A stretch of DNA of 64,000 nucleotides from Eledone cirrhosa (GCA_964016885.1 OZ024741.1:303242001-303306000); one strand, 5' to 3'. Positions 18,369-35,551 are shown, counted from the first letter of the stretch. Notes: generated by a model from the sequence alone, not told the origin. A program made the numbers and translations.

Positions 18369-18976
18369 GGTGGCTGCCAACTCGTTTTCGAGTACGGCCA
18401 CTACTTTATATCCATGTAGGAGAACCCCTACCGATGCGCTGAACGAGTGTGACTTTTGAGTCCAGCCAGCGACTTGAAAACTCTGGTACAAACACTACAC
18501 TTGTGACAATTATTGACACATAGTGCTGGGCCCATGGTACCATGTGACAAGTGCAGAGAGATCTCCAGATATAAAGCAATGCCTGTGCCATGAAGCTTTT
18601 ATAGTGAGCAAAGGCATTGCACAGAGCCTGTCCCACTCTCTTAACCAAGATGATATTTACCAAAAAGTAGAACAAGTCAACATCATTGGATACCATCAGG
18701 GTTGCAGGTGTTATATCAGAGTTTTTCCTTCTCCTAGAATTCTGCCTTGACAAAGGCTAAGGGGTCATCTCTCCCGGTGATTTTGGATGGCCAATTGACT
18801 CTTAAGAGCTCCTTTGCCCTTTGACAGGTTTTGTTTTTAGTCCTGCAGGATGTCCAAAGTCACCCTCCTCACCAAGAAACCTTGGTGGGGTTGCCAGTTT
18901 AGTCGCCAACGACCCGACCATGAAACAGGTTGTACTGGGATACATGTTACCAGTAGCACCAACTGGTGACCTGACA
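18369..18976 (-). mobile_element. RTE-derived internally deleted non-autonomous unit, copy 1 of 3
   Basis: Minus strand has the RTE 5'UTR-like motif ggcagaattctaggagaaggaaaaactctgat, then a C-terminal C2H2 remnant [25 protein letters not shown], a short 3'UTR hairpin (ctcgaaaacgag) and a microsatellite tail. Confidence 0.7.
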
Positions 18977-19450
18977 TATCATATATACATACATACATAC
19001 ATACATATATATATACATACATACATACATACATATATACATACATACATACATATATATATATATACATACATACATACATATATATATATATACATAC
19101 ATTCATACATATATATATATACATACATACATACATATTATATATGTATATATACATACATACATATATACATACATACATACATACATATATATATATG
19201 TATACATACATACATACACATATATATACATACATACATACATATATATATACATACATACATATATATATATATACATACATACATATATATATATATA
19301 CATACATACATACATATATACATACATACATACATATATATATATATACATACATATATATATATATACATACATACATACATATATATATACATACATA
19401 CATACATATACATATACATACATACATATATATATATATACATACATACA

Positions 19451-19486
<36 letters not shown>

Positions 19487-19491
19487 TATAT

Positions 19492-20126
19492 GGTGGCTGC
19501 CAACTCGTTTTCGAGTACGGCCACTACTTTATATCCATGTAGGAGAACCCCTACCGATGCGCTGAACGAGTGTGACTTTTTAGTCCAGCCAGCGACTTGA
19601 AACCTCTGGTACAAACACTACACCTGTGACAACCATTGACACATAGTGCTGGGCTCATGGTAGGACAACCATTGACACATAGTGCTGGGCCCATGTGAGG
19701 GACAAGTGCAGAGAGATCTCCAGATATAAAGCAATGCCTGTGCCGTGAAGCTTTTATAGTGAGCAAAGGCACTGCACAAAGCCAGTCCCACTCTCTTAAC
19801 CAAGATGATATTTACCAAAAAGAAGAACAAGTCAACATCATTGGATACCATCAGGGTTGCAGGTGTTATATCAGAGTTTTCCTTCTCCTAGAATTCTGCC
19901 TTGACAAGGCTAAGGGGTCATCTCTCCGGTGATTTTGGATGGCCATTGACTCTTAAGAGCTCCTTTGCCCTTTGACAGGTTTTGTTTTAGTCCTGCAGGA
20001 TGTCCAAAGTCACCCTCCTCACCAAGAAACCTTGGTGGGGTTGCCAGTTTAGTCGCCAACGACCCGACCATGAGACAGGTTGTACTGGGATACATGTTAC
20101 CAGTAGCACTAACTGGTGACCTGACA
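19492..20126 (-). mobile_element. RTE-derived unit, copy 2 (internal ~36-bp duplication)
   Basis: Highly similar to copy 1; ORF 19551-19772 ends [25 protein letters not shown]; gacaaccattgacacatagtgctgggc is present twice. Confidence 0.7.
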
Positions 20127-20250
20127 TATATACATACATACATACATACATATATACATACATACATACATATATACATACATACATTACATACATACAT
20201 ATATATATACAATACATACATATATATACATACATACATATATATATACA

Positions 20251-20286
<36 letters not shown>

Positions 20287-20662
20287 TACATACATACATA
20301 TATATATATATACATACATACATATATATATACATACATACATATATATACATACATACATACATATACATACATACATACATACATATATACATACACA
20401 TACATATACATACATACATACATACATATATACATACATACATATATATATACATACATACATATATATATACATACATACATATATATATATATACATA
20501 CATACATATATATATATATACATACATACATATATATATACATACATACATACATATATATATACATACATACATACATACATATATATATACATACTAC
20601 ATACATACATACATACATACATACATACATACATACATACATACATACATACATACATACAT

Positions 20663-21250
20663 GGTGGCTGCCAACTCGTTTCGAGTACGGCCACTACTTT
20701 ATATCCATGTAGGAGAACCCCTACTGATGCGCTGAACGAGTGTGACTTTTTAGTCCAGCCAGCGACTTGAAAACTCTGGTACAAAGACTACACTTGTGAC
20801 AATTATTGACACATAGTGTTGGGCCCATGGTACCATGTGACGACAAGTGCAGAGAGATCTCCAGATATAAAGCAATGCCTGTGCCGTGAAGCTTTTATAG
20901 TGAGCAAAGGCACTGCACAAAGCCAGTCCCACTCTCTTAACCAAGATGATATTTACCAAAAAGAAGAACAAGTCAACATCATTGGATACCATCAGGGTTG
21001 CAGGTGTTATATCAGAGTTTTCCTTCTCCTAGAATTCTGCCTTGACAAAGGCTAAGGGGTCATCTCTCCCGGTGATTTTGGATGGCTATTGACTCTTAAG
21101 AGCTCCTTTGCCCTTTGACAGGTTTTGTTTTTAGTCCTGCAGGATGTCCAAAGTCACCCTCCTCACCAAGAAACCTTGGTGGGGTTGCCAGTTTAGTCGC
21201 CAACGACCCGACCATGAGACAGGTTGTACTGGGATTACATGTTACCAGTA
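20663..21250 (-). mobile_element. RTE-derived unit, copy 3 (slightly 5'-truncated)
   Basis: Highly similar to copies 1 and 2; ends at gttaccagta. Confidence 0.7.
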
Positions 21251-21324
21251 CATATTATACATAATAATACATATATATACATATATATACATACATATAT
21301 ATACATATATATACATACATATAC

Positions 21325-21365
<41 letters not shown>

Positions 21366-21387
21366 CATACATACATATAATATACAC

Positions 21388-21420
<33 letters not shown>

Positions 21421-22216
21421 CATATATACATATATATACATATATATATATACATATATATATATACATACATATATATACATATATATATATACATACA
21501 TATATATATATATATATATACATACATATATATATATATACATATATATACATATTACATATACATATATATACATATATATATATACATATACATATAT
21601 ATATATACATATACATATATATATACATATATATATATACATATAATATACATATATATACATATATATATATACATATATATACATATATATATATACA
21701 TATATATACATATACATATATATATATACATATACATATACATATATATATATATACATATATATACATATATATATATACATATACATACATATATATA
21801 TATACATATACATATATATATATACATATACATATACATATATATATATATACATATATATACATATATATACATATATATACATATATATACATATATA
21901 TATATACATATATATACATATATATATATACATATATATACATATATATATACATATATATACATATATATACATATATATACATATATATACATATATA
22001 TATATATACATATATATACATATATATATATACATATATATATACATATATATAAACATATATATATACATATATATATACATATATACATATATATACA
22101 TATATACATATATATATACATATATACATATATATACATATATATATACATATATACATATATTATATACATATATATATACATATATATATACATATAT
22201 ATACATATATATATAC

Positions 22217-22247
<31 letters not shown>

Positions 22248-22371
22248 CATATATATACATATATATATATACATATATATATATACATATAATATACATA
22301 TATATATATACATATATATATATATACATACATATATATATACATACATATATATACATATATATATATAC

Positions 22372-22419
<48 letters not shown>

Positions 22420-22427
22420 ATATATAC

Positions 22428-22492
<65 letters not shown>

Positions 22493-22600
22493 CATATATA
22501 TATATACATATATATATATATACATATATATATATACATATATATATATACATATATATATATACATTATATATATATACATATACATATATATATATAC

Positions 22601-22633
<33 letters not shown>

Positions 22634-22661
22634 CATATATAATATATATACATATATATAC

Positions 22662-22709
<48 letters not shown>

Positions 22710-22739
22710 ATATACATATATATACATATATATATATAC

Positions 22740-22790
<51 letters not shown>

Positions 22791-22801
22791 CATATATATA
22801 C

Positions 22802-22834
<33 letters not shown>

Positions 22835-22845
22835 CATATATATAC

Positions 22846-22878
<33 letters not shown>

Positions 22879-22889
22879 CATATATATAC

Positions 22890-22920
<31 letters not shown>

Positions 22921-22982
22921 CATATATATATACATACATAAATATATACATACATAAATATATACATATATATATAGATATA

Positions 22983-23014
<32 letters not shown>

Positions 23015-23063
23015 GATATATATACATATATATATATAGATATATATATATAGATATATATAC

Positions 23064-23110
<47 letters not shown>

Positions 23111-23149
23111 CTTATATATATATAGATATATATACATATACATATATAC

Positions 23150-23200
<51 letters not shown>

Positions 23201-23625
23201 CATATATATATACATATATATATATACATATACATATATATCTATACATATACATATATATATATACATATACATATATATATATATACATATACATATA
23301 TATACACATACATATATATATATACATATACATATATATATATACATATACATATATATATACATATATATATATACATATACATATATATATACATATA
23401 TATATATATACATATATATATATACATATATATATATACATATATATATACATATACATATACATATATATATATACATATACATATATATATATACATA
23501 TACATATATATATATACATATATATACATATATATATCTATATATATGTATATATATGTATATATATTTATGTATATATATGTATATGTATATGTATATA
23601 TATGTATATATATATATATATATAC

Positions 23626-23704
<79 letters not shown>

Positions 23705-23810
23705 TATACATATACATATATATATATATATATACATATATATACATATACATATATATACATATATATATACATATATACATATATATATAATATACAT
23801 ATATATATAC

Positions 23811-23855
<45 letters not shown>

Positions 23856-23875
23856 TATACATATATATATATACA

Positions 23876-26376
23876 TACTCTTTTACTCTTTTACCTGTTT
23901 CAGCCATCCGGCTGAGACCATGCTGGGGCACCGCTCTTGTTGCTACACATTTTATCTCCAGCCTGTATAGGTTGGCCACTGGTGTAAGAGGGAGTTTGTT
24001 GCTGCTGCCCTTAGGTTTCCCTCGTGTCTTGCTGTGGGCTAATCCTGGATCCTGGATAACAAGGCGTCGAGATGTTTCTTAAAGACATCCACCTCCACGT
24101 CATGCAAGTCTCTCAGATACCTCGGCAGCCTGTTGAAGAGTTGAGGGCCCTTGAATCCCAGGCTATTGCAATACCTGCTCCTTATTCTAGATTTCGAAGA
24201 CGGGAACTTTGGCACCACACAGTGACGTCCTTTTCGCCGGTTGGTCCAGCTCCCAATGCCAAAGTTTGGTGCTAGTCCCTCCAGGATTTTCCACATGTAG
24301 ATCACTGCGTATCTCTCCCGTCTTCGCTCCAAAGAGTAGAGGTTCAGTTCCTTTAGCCTCTCCCAGTAGCTTGTCTCCCTCATCTTGGCAATCCTCTTGG
24401 TGTAGCTTCGCTGGATTGCCTCAAGCTCCGTGTTTAGTTTGACACTATAGGGTGACCACAACTGGGAGCAGTACTCCAGGCGGCTTAGGACAAAAGTCCT
24501 CCACAGTTTCAACATGGTGTCTCGATCTCTTGTCCGGAAAGTCCTCAAGATCCAGCCAGCGATTCGTCTGCACATTGTCGCCACTTTCATGATGTGTGAA
24601 GAAAAAGATGCATCATCGCTCATGTCTATGCCCAGGTCTCGTATCGATCCTGACACGGGGATATCGGTCCCTCCTGGTCCTGTGTAGCTGTGTTCCACTA
24701 TATTTGTGTTTGCAGGTTTGTATTGTAGGGCTTGGAATTTGCCAGCATTAAACTGCATGTTGTTTTCTTCCGCCCATCTGTATATGGCATCCAGATCCTG
24801 CTGTAAAAGGGCAGCGTCAGCCGGGTTTTTGATTGCCTGTGCTACCTTAGTGTCATCAGCATAGCTAGTGAGGGATGTTGTTGCATGCACCACAGAGGGC
24901 ATGTCCGAGAGAGCCACCAAAAACAGTAGTGGTCCCAGGACTGTCCCTTGGGGCACCCCACTCGTTATCGGTGTTTCCCTCGAGAGGGCCCCATTTGCTG
25001 CAACTGCCTGGCTTCTGTCCCTTAGGAAGCCATGCAGCCACTCACCTACTTTTCCAGTTATGCCGAGTCCGTGTAGTTTGTGACATATCATTCCGTGGTC
25101 GACCTTGTCAAAGGCCTTCGCAAAGTCAAGATATATCACGTCCACATGTGAGCTGTCTAGTAGTTGTCTCAGTACCCAGTCGTAGTGATGTAGCAGCTGT
25201 GAAAGGCAGCTTCTTCCTGGGCGGAAGCCATGTTGCGTGCTAGTCAGGCGGTCATTTTCTTCGAGGAAAGTGATTAGTTTCTTTCTGACGACTCGCTCCA
25301 TGACCTTACTGATATGCGACGTCAGGGAGACTGTCTATAGTTCTTGGCCTCCGCTCTACTACCTCCTTTATGGATAGGGCATACTGTGCCTTCTTTCAGC
25401 TCCCTGGGTAGTACACCGCTTGCCAAGGAGCTTCTGAAGAGCATCTTCAGTGGAGTTGCTAAGGCCCGCTTATATATTTTCAAGAGAACTGCTGGGAATC
25501 CATCAGGTCCAGCAGCCGAGTCTGTTCTAATTTCATCAATGGCGTACACCACATCCTCCTCCGTTATGTCTATGTGGTTGATGGTTGCCATTTCTTGATG
25601 TAGTGTTGTGGCATCAAAGAACTCCTCTGGCTTCGTTATTTGCATGTGCCTCAGTGGACTGTGAAGACACTTTTGTACTGTTCGTTCAGTATTTCACATA
25701 TCTCTTGGAGGTTTTCGGTTAATGAACCGTCCGTGTGGAAGAGTGGCCCAATCTTGCAGTGTACTGAGGCAGTTTCTTTTGCAAATTTAAAGAACGCCTT
25801 AGGGTTTGTTTTAATGTTTTCTATGGCCCTGTTCTCTTTCTTTGCCCTCTCGTTCTCATGTGAAAGTTTGAGTGCAATCTCGGTGTCAAGTAGTGCACGT
25901 TTCAAATAGGATTCCTTCTTGTTTTTGTTTTGTTGACTATTCAACTGGTTTGAGAGTTTAGTTCTACGTCTCATAAGGATTTTCCTATCTCTGGGAATAA
26001 GATTTTTGTGTCTGTTTGCCTCTTTCTCCGGGACACACTTTTTGCATATAGTGTGTATCGTTGCCATGAAGTGTTGAAATTGTGTGTTAGTGTCTTGTGT
26101 GGCGGTGTTTTCACTCCATCTTTGCTTCCAGATTTCACTCTTAATCTTTTTCCAGTTTGCCTTGTAGAAGTTAAGGCTGGATAGCGTCCCGGAGCTTCTT
26201 TGTGGTTTTGTCTCTGTTGGTTCTCTTGGACCACATATCATTAGCTCTACTAAGTTATGATCGGAGAGAATTGTTGGTGTCACCTTTACATTGTGGATGA
26301 GCACTTCGTTGTTTGTAAAACAGAGGTCCAGGACATTTTCGCCTCTTGTTGGGAGGAGTATTGCTTGCTCCATGAA
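23876..26376 (-). mobile_element. 5'-truncated CR1-group LINE, ORF2 pseudogene (end of APE endonuclease plus reverse transcriptase)
   Basis: [14 protein letters not shown]...SDHNL (APE C-terminus); QHGFRPGRSC, YLDFAKAFDKVDH, GVPQGTVLGPLLF, YADDTK, LEYCSQLWSP, LYSLERRRER; frameshifts near 25330 and 25648; premature stop at 24039 (the 49.2 kb copy reads through as DEPTARH); (GTAAAAGA)n tail. Confidence 0.95.
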
Positions 26377-26378
26377 TG

Positions 26379-26425
<47 letters not shown>

Positions 26426-26566
26426 GTATAAATATATATATATGTATATATATATATGTATATATATGTATATATATATATGTATATATATGTATGTATA
26501 TATATATGTATATATGTATATATATATATGTGTATATATATATGTATATATATATATGTATATATG

Positions 26567-26597
<31 letters not shown>

Positions 26598-26642
26598 GTA
26601 TATATATGTATATATATGTATATATATGTATATATATATATG

Positions 26643-26673
<31 letters not shown>

Positions 26674-26689
26674 GTATATATATATTATG

Positions 26690-26720
<31 letters not shown>

Positions 26721-26767
26721 GTGTATATATGTATGTATATATATATATGTATATATATATATATGTG

Positions 26768-26847
<80 letters not shown>

Positions 26848-27249
26848 CATACATATATATATACATATATATATATATACAATATATGTATATATATATA
26901 TGTATATATATATATATACATATATATATACATATATATATATATACATATATATATATACATATATATATATACATATATATATACATATATATATATA
27001 CATATATATATATACATATATATATATACATATATATATACATATATATATATACATATATATATATACATATATATATACATATATATATATACATATA
27101 TATATACATATATATATACATATATATATACATATATATATATACATATATATATACATATATATATATACATATATATATATACATATATATATATACA
27201 TATATATATATACATATATATATATACATATATATATATACATATATAC

Positions 27250-27285
<36 letters not shown>

Positions 27286-27315
27286 GTATATGTATATATG
27301 TATATATATATATAC

Positions 27316-27346
<31 letters not shown>

Positions 27347-27399
27347 CATATATATACATATATATATATATACATATATATACATATATATATATATAC

Positions 27400-27445
<46 letters not shown>

Positions 27446-27459
27446 ATATATACATATAC

Positions 27460-27512
<53 letters not shown>

Positions 27513-27518
27513 CATACA

Positions 27519-27552
<34 letters not shown>

Positions 27553-27571
27553 CATACATATATATATATAC

Positions 27572-27650
<79 letters not shown>

Positions 27651-27691
27651 CATATATATATACACATATATATATATACATATATATATAC

Positions 27692-27740
<49 letters not shown>

Positions 27741-27889
27741 CATATATATATATATACATATATATATATACATATATACATATACATATATATATATATA
27801 CATATATACATATACATATATACATATATATACATATATATATATATACATATATATATATACATATATATATATATACATATATATAC

Positions 27890-27920
<31 letters not shown>

Positions 27921-27984
27921 CATATATATATATACATATATACATATATATACATATATAATATATACATATATATACATATAC

Positions 27985-28021
<37 letters not shown>

Positions 28022-28022
28022 C

Positions 28023-28057
<35 letters not shown>

Positions 28058-28066
28058 CATATATAC

Positions 28067-28097
<31 letters not shown>

Positions 28098-28156
28098 CAT
28101 ATATATATATACATATATATATATACATATATATATATATACATATATATATATAC

Positions 28157-28187
<31 letters not shown>

Positions 28188-28338
28188 CATATATATATAT
28201 ACATATATATATATACATATATATATATACATATATATATATACATATATATATATACATATATACATATATACATATATATATACATATATATATATAC
28301 ATATATACATATACACATATATATATACATATATATAT

Positions 28339-28399
<61 letters not shown>

Positions 28400-28865
28400 C
28401 ATATATATATATATACATATATATACATATATATATATACATATATATATATACATATATATATATACATATATATATAATATATATACATATATATATA
28501 CATATATATATAACATATATATATATACATATATATACATATATATATATACATATATATATATACATATATATACATATATATATATACATATATATAC
28601 ATATATATATATATACATATATATACATATATATACATATATATATATACATATATATACATATATATATACATATATATACATATATATATATACATAT
28701 ATATACATATATATATATACATATATATATATACATATATATATATATACATATATATACATATATATATATACATATATATACATATATATATACATAT
28801 ATATATACATATATATACATATATATATATAATATATATACATATATATACATATATATATATAC

Positions 28866-28916
<51 letters not shown>

Positions 28917-28928
28917 CATATATATATA

Positions 28929-28994
<66 letters not shown>

Positions 28995-29028
28995 ATATAT
29001 ATATATAATATATATACATATATATACA

Positions 29029-29068
<40 letters not shown>

Positions 29069-29069
29069 C

Positions 29070-29450
<381 letters not shown>

Positions 29451-29451
29451 C

Positions 29452-29494
<43 letters not shown>

Positions 29495-29547
29495 TATACA
29501 TATATATACATATATATACATATATATATATATATACATATATATAC

Positions 29548-29604
<57 letters not shown>

Positions 29605-29806
29605 CATATATATACATATATATACATATATATACATATATATATATATACATATATACATATATATATATATACATATATATACATATACATATATATA
29701 CATATATATATATATACATATATAATACATATATATACATATAATATACATATATATACATATATATAATACAATATACATATACTATATCTATATACAT
29801 ATATAT

Positions 29807-30006
29807 NNNNNNNNNNNNNNNNNNNNNNNNNNNNNNNNNNNNNNNNNNNNNNNNNNNNNNNNNNNNNNNNNNNNNNNNNNNNNNNNNNNNNNNNNNNNNN
29901 NNNNNNNNNNNNNNNNNNNNNNNNNNNNNNNNNNNNNNNNNNNNNNNNNNNNNNNNNNNNNNNNNNNNNNNNNNNNNNNNNNNNNNNNNNNNNNNNNNNN
30001 NNNNNN
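29807..30006. other. Assembly gap (200 N)
   Basis: Run of exactly 200 N. Confidence 1.
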
Positions 30007-30922
30007 TATATATATATACATATTTATACATATACATATATATACATATGATATACATATGTATATATATACATATATATACATATACATATATACATAT
30101 ATATACATATACATATATATACATATATATACATATACAAATATACATATACATACATATATATATATACATATGTATACATATATATATATACATATGT
30201 ATACATATATATATATACATATGTATACATATATATATATACATATGTATACATATACATATATACATATACATACATATACATATATACATATACATAC
30301 ATATACATATATACATATACATACATATATATATATACATATGTATACATATATATATACATATGTATACATATATATATATACATATGTATACATATAT
30401 ATATACATATATATATACAATATGTATATACATATATATATACATATGTATACATATATATATACATATGTATACATATATATATATACATATGTATACA
30501 TATATATATACATATGTATACATATATATATATACATATGTATACATATATATATACATATATATATATACATATGTATACATATATATATACATATGTA
30601 TACATATATATATACATATGTATACATATATATATATACATATGTATACATATATATATATATACATATATATACATATGTATACATATAATATATATAC
30701 ATATATATACATATGTATACATATATATATATACATATTTATACATATATATATATACATATGTATACATATATATATACATATATAAATATATATATAT
30801 ACATATATATATATATGTATACATATATATATGTATACATATACATATGTATACATATATACATATATAAATATACACATATATACATATATAAATATAA
30901 ATATATACATATACATATATAA

Positions 30923-30968
<46 letters not shown>

Positions 30969-31358
30969 GTATACATATATATATACATATATATATATGT
31001 ATACATATATATATGTATACATATATACATATATATATGTGTATACATATATATATGTATACATATATATATGTATACATATATACATATATATATATAT
31101 GTATATATATATATACATATATATATATGTATACATATATATACATATATATATATGTATACATATATATACATATATATATATGTATACATATATATAT
31201 ATATATATATATACATATATATATGTATACATATATATATATGTATACATATATATATATGTATACATATATATATATATGTATACATATATATATGTAT
31301 ACATATATATATATATGTATGAAATATAAGAATCAAAGAACTGTTCAAAACATTATTG

Positions 31359-31405
31359 TGCTTACAGCTGTTCCCTCCAAACCGAGGTTTGGATTCTTCG
31401 GAGCA
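31359..31405 (-). ncRNA. Degenerate minimal hammerhead in a ~130-bp island
   Basis: Minus strand: tgct CCGAAGA a tccaaacc-tc-ggtttgga g GGAA cagctg TA agca; stems intact, two core changes. Confidence 0.55.
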
Positions 31406-31459
31406 ATTTATTAATGCATGGACAGTTATATGACCTCCTTTAGTATAACTAATACTATA

Positions 31460-31520
<61 letters not shown>

Positions 31521-31836
31521 ACATATATACATATATATATGTATACATATATATATATATGTATACATATATATATATATGTATACATATATACATATAT
31601 ATATGTATACATATATATATATATATACATATATATATACATATATATATACATATATATATATATACATATATATACATATATATGTATACATATATAT
31701 ATGTATACATATATATACATATATATGTATACATATATATATGTATACATATATATACATATATATGTATACATATATATATGTATACATATATATATGT
31801 ATACATATATATACATATATATATATACATGTATAC

Positions 31837-31871
<35 letters not shown>

Positions 31872-31930
31872 CATATATATATGTATACATATATATATGT
31901 ATACATATATATATATATATATATATACAA

Positions 31931-31961
<31 letters not shown>

Positions 31962-32660
31962 CAAATATATATACAAATATATATATACATATACAAATAT
32001 ATATATATACATACATATATATGTATACATATATATGTATACATATATATGTACACATATATATATATACATATATATGTACACATATATATATATATAC
32101 ATATATATGTACACACATATATATATATACATATATATGTATACACATATATATACATATATATGTATACATATATATATACATATATATATACATATAT
32201 ATACATATATACATATATATACATATATACATATATACACATATACACATATATACACATATATACATATATATACATACATATATATACATATATATAT
32301 TCATATATACATATATATACATACATATATATACATATATATATACATATATATATATATATACATTTAAATATATACATATACATATATATTTATACAT
32401 TTAAATATATACATATACATATATATATATACATACATATATACATATATATATATACATACATATATACATATATATATATACATATATACATATATAT
32501 ATATATACATACATATATACATATACATACATATATACACATACATACATATATACATATACATACATATATACATACATATATACATATATATATATAC
32601 ATATATATATACATATATACATATATATATACATATATATATATATACATATATATATAC

Positions 32661-32691
<31 letters not shown>

Positions 32692-32818
32692 CATATATAT
32701 ATATACATATATATATATACATATATATATATACATATATATATATACATATATATATACATATATATATATACATACGATATTAAATAAATGTAAACTA
32801 TATTTATAAAACCATATT

Positions 32819-32882
32819 TATTTCATTATATATATTTCAGGGATATCATTAACAATATGCTATGCCTTCCTCAGACAAAATA
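32819..32882 (-). ncRNA. Minimal type-I hammerhead ribozyme (left arm of the palindrome)
   Basis: Reverse complement: tattttgt CTGAGGA agg...cct GAAA tatata TA atgaaata. Confidence 0.75.
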
Positions 32883-33033
32883 CAATATAGACAGTTTTAT
32901 AGATAAATAGATTTGACATACCGTTCAACATCGACTTGTATTTGAAAAGTTGATATGCCATATCAACTTTTCAAATACAAGTCGATGTTGAACGGTATGT
33001 CAAATCTATTTATCTATAAAACTGTCTATATTG

Positions 33034-33099
33034 TATTTTGTCTGAGGAAGGCATAGCATATTGTTAATATGATATCCCTGAAATATATATAATGAAATA
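33034..33099 (+). ncRNA. Minimal type-I hammerhead ribozyme (right arm of the palindrome; family P1)
   Basis: Stem I tattttgt/atgaaata, CTGAGGA 33042-48, stem II agg...cct, GAAA 33080-83, short stem III with palindromic ATAT loop, predicted cleavage AUA after 33091. Confidence 0.75.
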
Positions 33100-33238
33100 A
33101 ATATGGTTTTATAAATATAGTTTCCATTTATTTAATATCGTAAATATACTCCAAATACTTGTTGAGTGCTTTTATATCAGTTATAAATATTTACTAGTTG
33201 TAACCCAACAATTTAAATATAACTTTCCATATATATAC

Positions 33239-33287
<49 letters not shown>

Positions 33288-34006
33288 CATACATATATAC
33301 ATATATATATATACACACATATATATACATATATATACATATATATATATACATATATAAACATATATATATACATATATAAACATATATATATACATAT
33401 ATAAACATATATATATACATATATAAACATATATATATACATATACATATATAAACATATATATATACATATATAAACATATATATATATACATATATAA
33501 ACATATATATATACACATATACAAACATATATATATACATATATAAACATATATATATATACATATATAAACATATATATATATATACATATATAAACAT
33601 ATATATATATACATATATAAACATATATATATATACACATATATAAACATATATATATATACATATATAAACATATATATATACACATATATAAACATAT
33701 ATATATACACATATATAAACATATATATATACATATATATATACATATATATATATCTATATATATATATATACACACATATATACATACACACATATAT
33801 ACATACACACATATATACATACACACATATACATATACACACATATATATATACACACATATATATACACAGATATATATACACACATATATATACACAC
33901 ATATATATACACACATATATATACACACACATATATATATACACATATATATATATACACATATACACATACATATATACATATATATATATATACACAT
34001 ATACAC

Positions 34007-34039
<33 letters not shown>

Positions 34040-34122
34040 CACATATACATATATATATACATATATATATATATACACATATACATATATATATACATAT
34101 ATATATATATACACATATACAC

Positions 34123-34161
<39 letters not shown>

Positions 34162-34379
34162 CATATATATATACATATATATATATACATACACACATAT
34201 ACACATATACACATATATATACACACACACACACATATATATATATACATATATATACACATATATATATACACATACATATATATATATATATATATAC
34301 ATATGTAGGAGGTGAGTTTTATTGTAGTACTATAAAGCATATATATTATATATATACATATATATACACATATATATAT

Positions 34380-34410
<31 letters not shown>

Positions 34411-35411
34411 CATATATATATAAACATTTATATATACACATATATATATATACATATACACATTTATATATACATATATATATATATGTACACATATATA
34501 TATACATATACATATATATATACACATATATATATACACATATATATATATATATATACATATACACATATATATATATACACATATATATATATACACA
34601 TATATATATACACATATATATATACACATATATATATACACATATATATATACACATTCATATATACATATATATATACACATATATATATACACATATA
34701 TATATACACATATATATATACATATATACGCACATAGCATATACACACACATATATATATATACACATATATATACATATATATACGTATATATACATAT
34801 ATACATATATATATATGTATATATACATATATATATGTATATATACATATATACATATATGTATATATTCATATATACATATATGTATATATTCATATAT
34901 ACATATATGTATATATTCATATATACATATATGTATATATACATATATACATATATGTATATATTCATATATACATATATGTATATATTCATATATACAT
35001 ATATACATATATATATATAGATACATATATATTCATATATACATATATATATATACATATATGTATATATTCATATATACATATATTTATACATATATGT
35101 ATATATTCATATATATATACATATATATATACATATATACATATATGTATATATTCATATATACATACATATATATATATTCATATATAGACATATTCTT
35201 GTTCCATCTCACAGCTTTCCTCAGAATACTTAAACGATAAATTATATTTGCGATATATACCCGTAGGCTGAAATGGGGCAGTCGGATATCCCCAAATAAA
35301 GATGGGTGCTCAAATCAATTATCTAATTAAGATCGCAAAACAATTAACTAATTAAGAACGTATCTTCGACTTTTATTTTAATTTCATTGTTCACACACAC
35401 ATATATAACAA

Positions 35412-35551
35412 AGAAAGTGTGGTGAGGAACCAGTTGGACCACAGCGCACCAGAGTACTCGATACTTATGTTAGTAGAGTGGGCTCCTGACTTTTTCCTAT
35501 ATATATATATATATAGGAACCAGTAAGACCCCGACAGCTGAGCTCAAGCCG
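35412..35551 (-). repeat. Penelope-like module, inverted partner of 36404-36520
   Basis: Reverse complement aligns to 36407-36520 with scattered mismatches and a TA-tract insertion. Confidence 0.75.

Larger units (their letters stand above)
32776..33142. repeat. ~365-bp near-perfect palindrome with a 1-nt loop at 32958
   Basis: Arms of ~182 bp meeting at ...aaagttgatatg C catatcaacttt...; only one substitution and one 2-nt indel seen between the arms. Confidence 0.97.

Noticed and set aside
19551-19772. Host C2H2 zinc-finger gene
   Set aside because: A single finger at the end of a triplicated TE-like unit, with the upstream frame altered by indels between copies; it fits an RTE ORF terminus
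20040-20126. HDV-like ribozyme at the 5' end of the RTE-derived unit
   Set aside because: P4- and J4/2-like pieces are visible but no P1/P1.1 pairing could be assembled by eye
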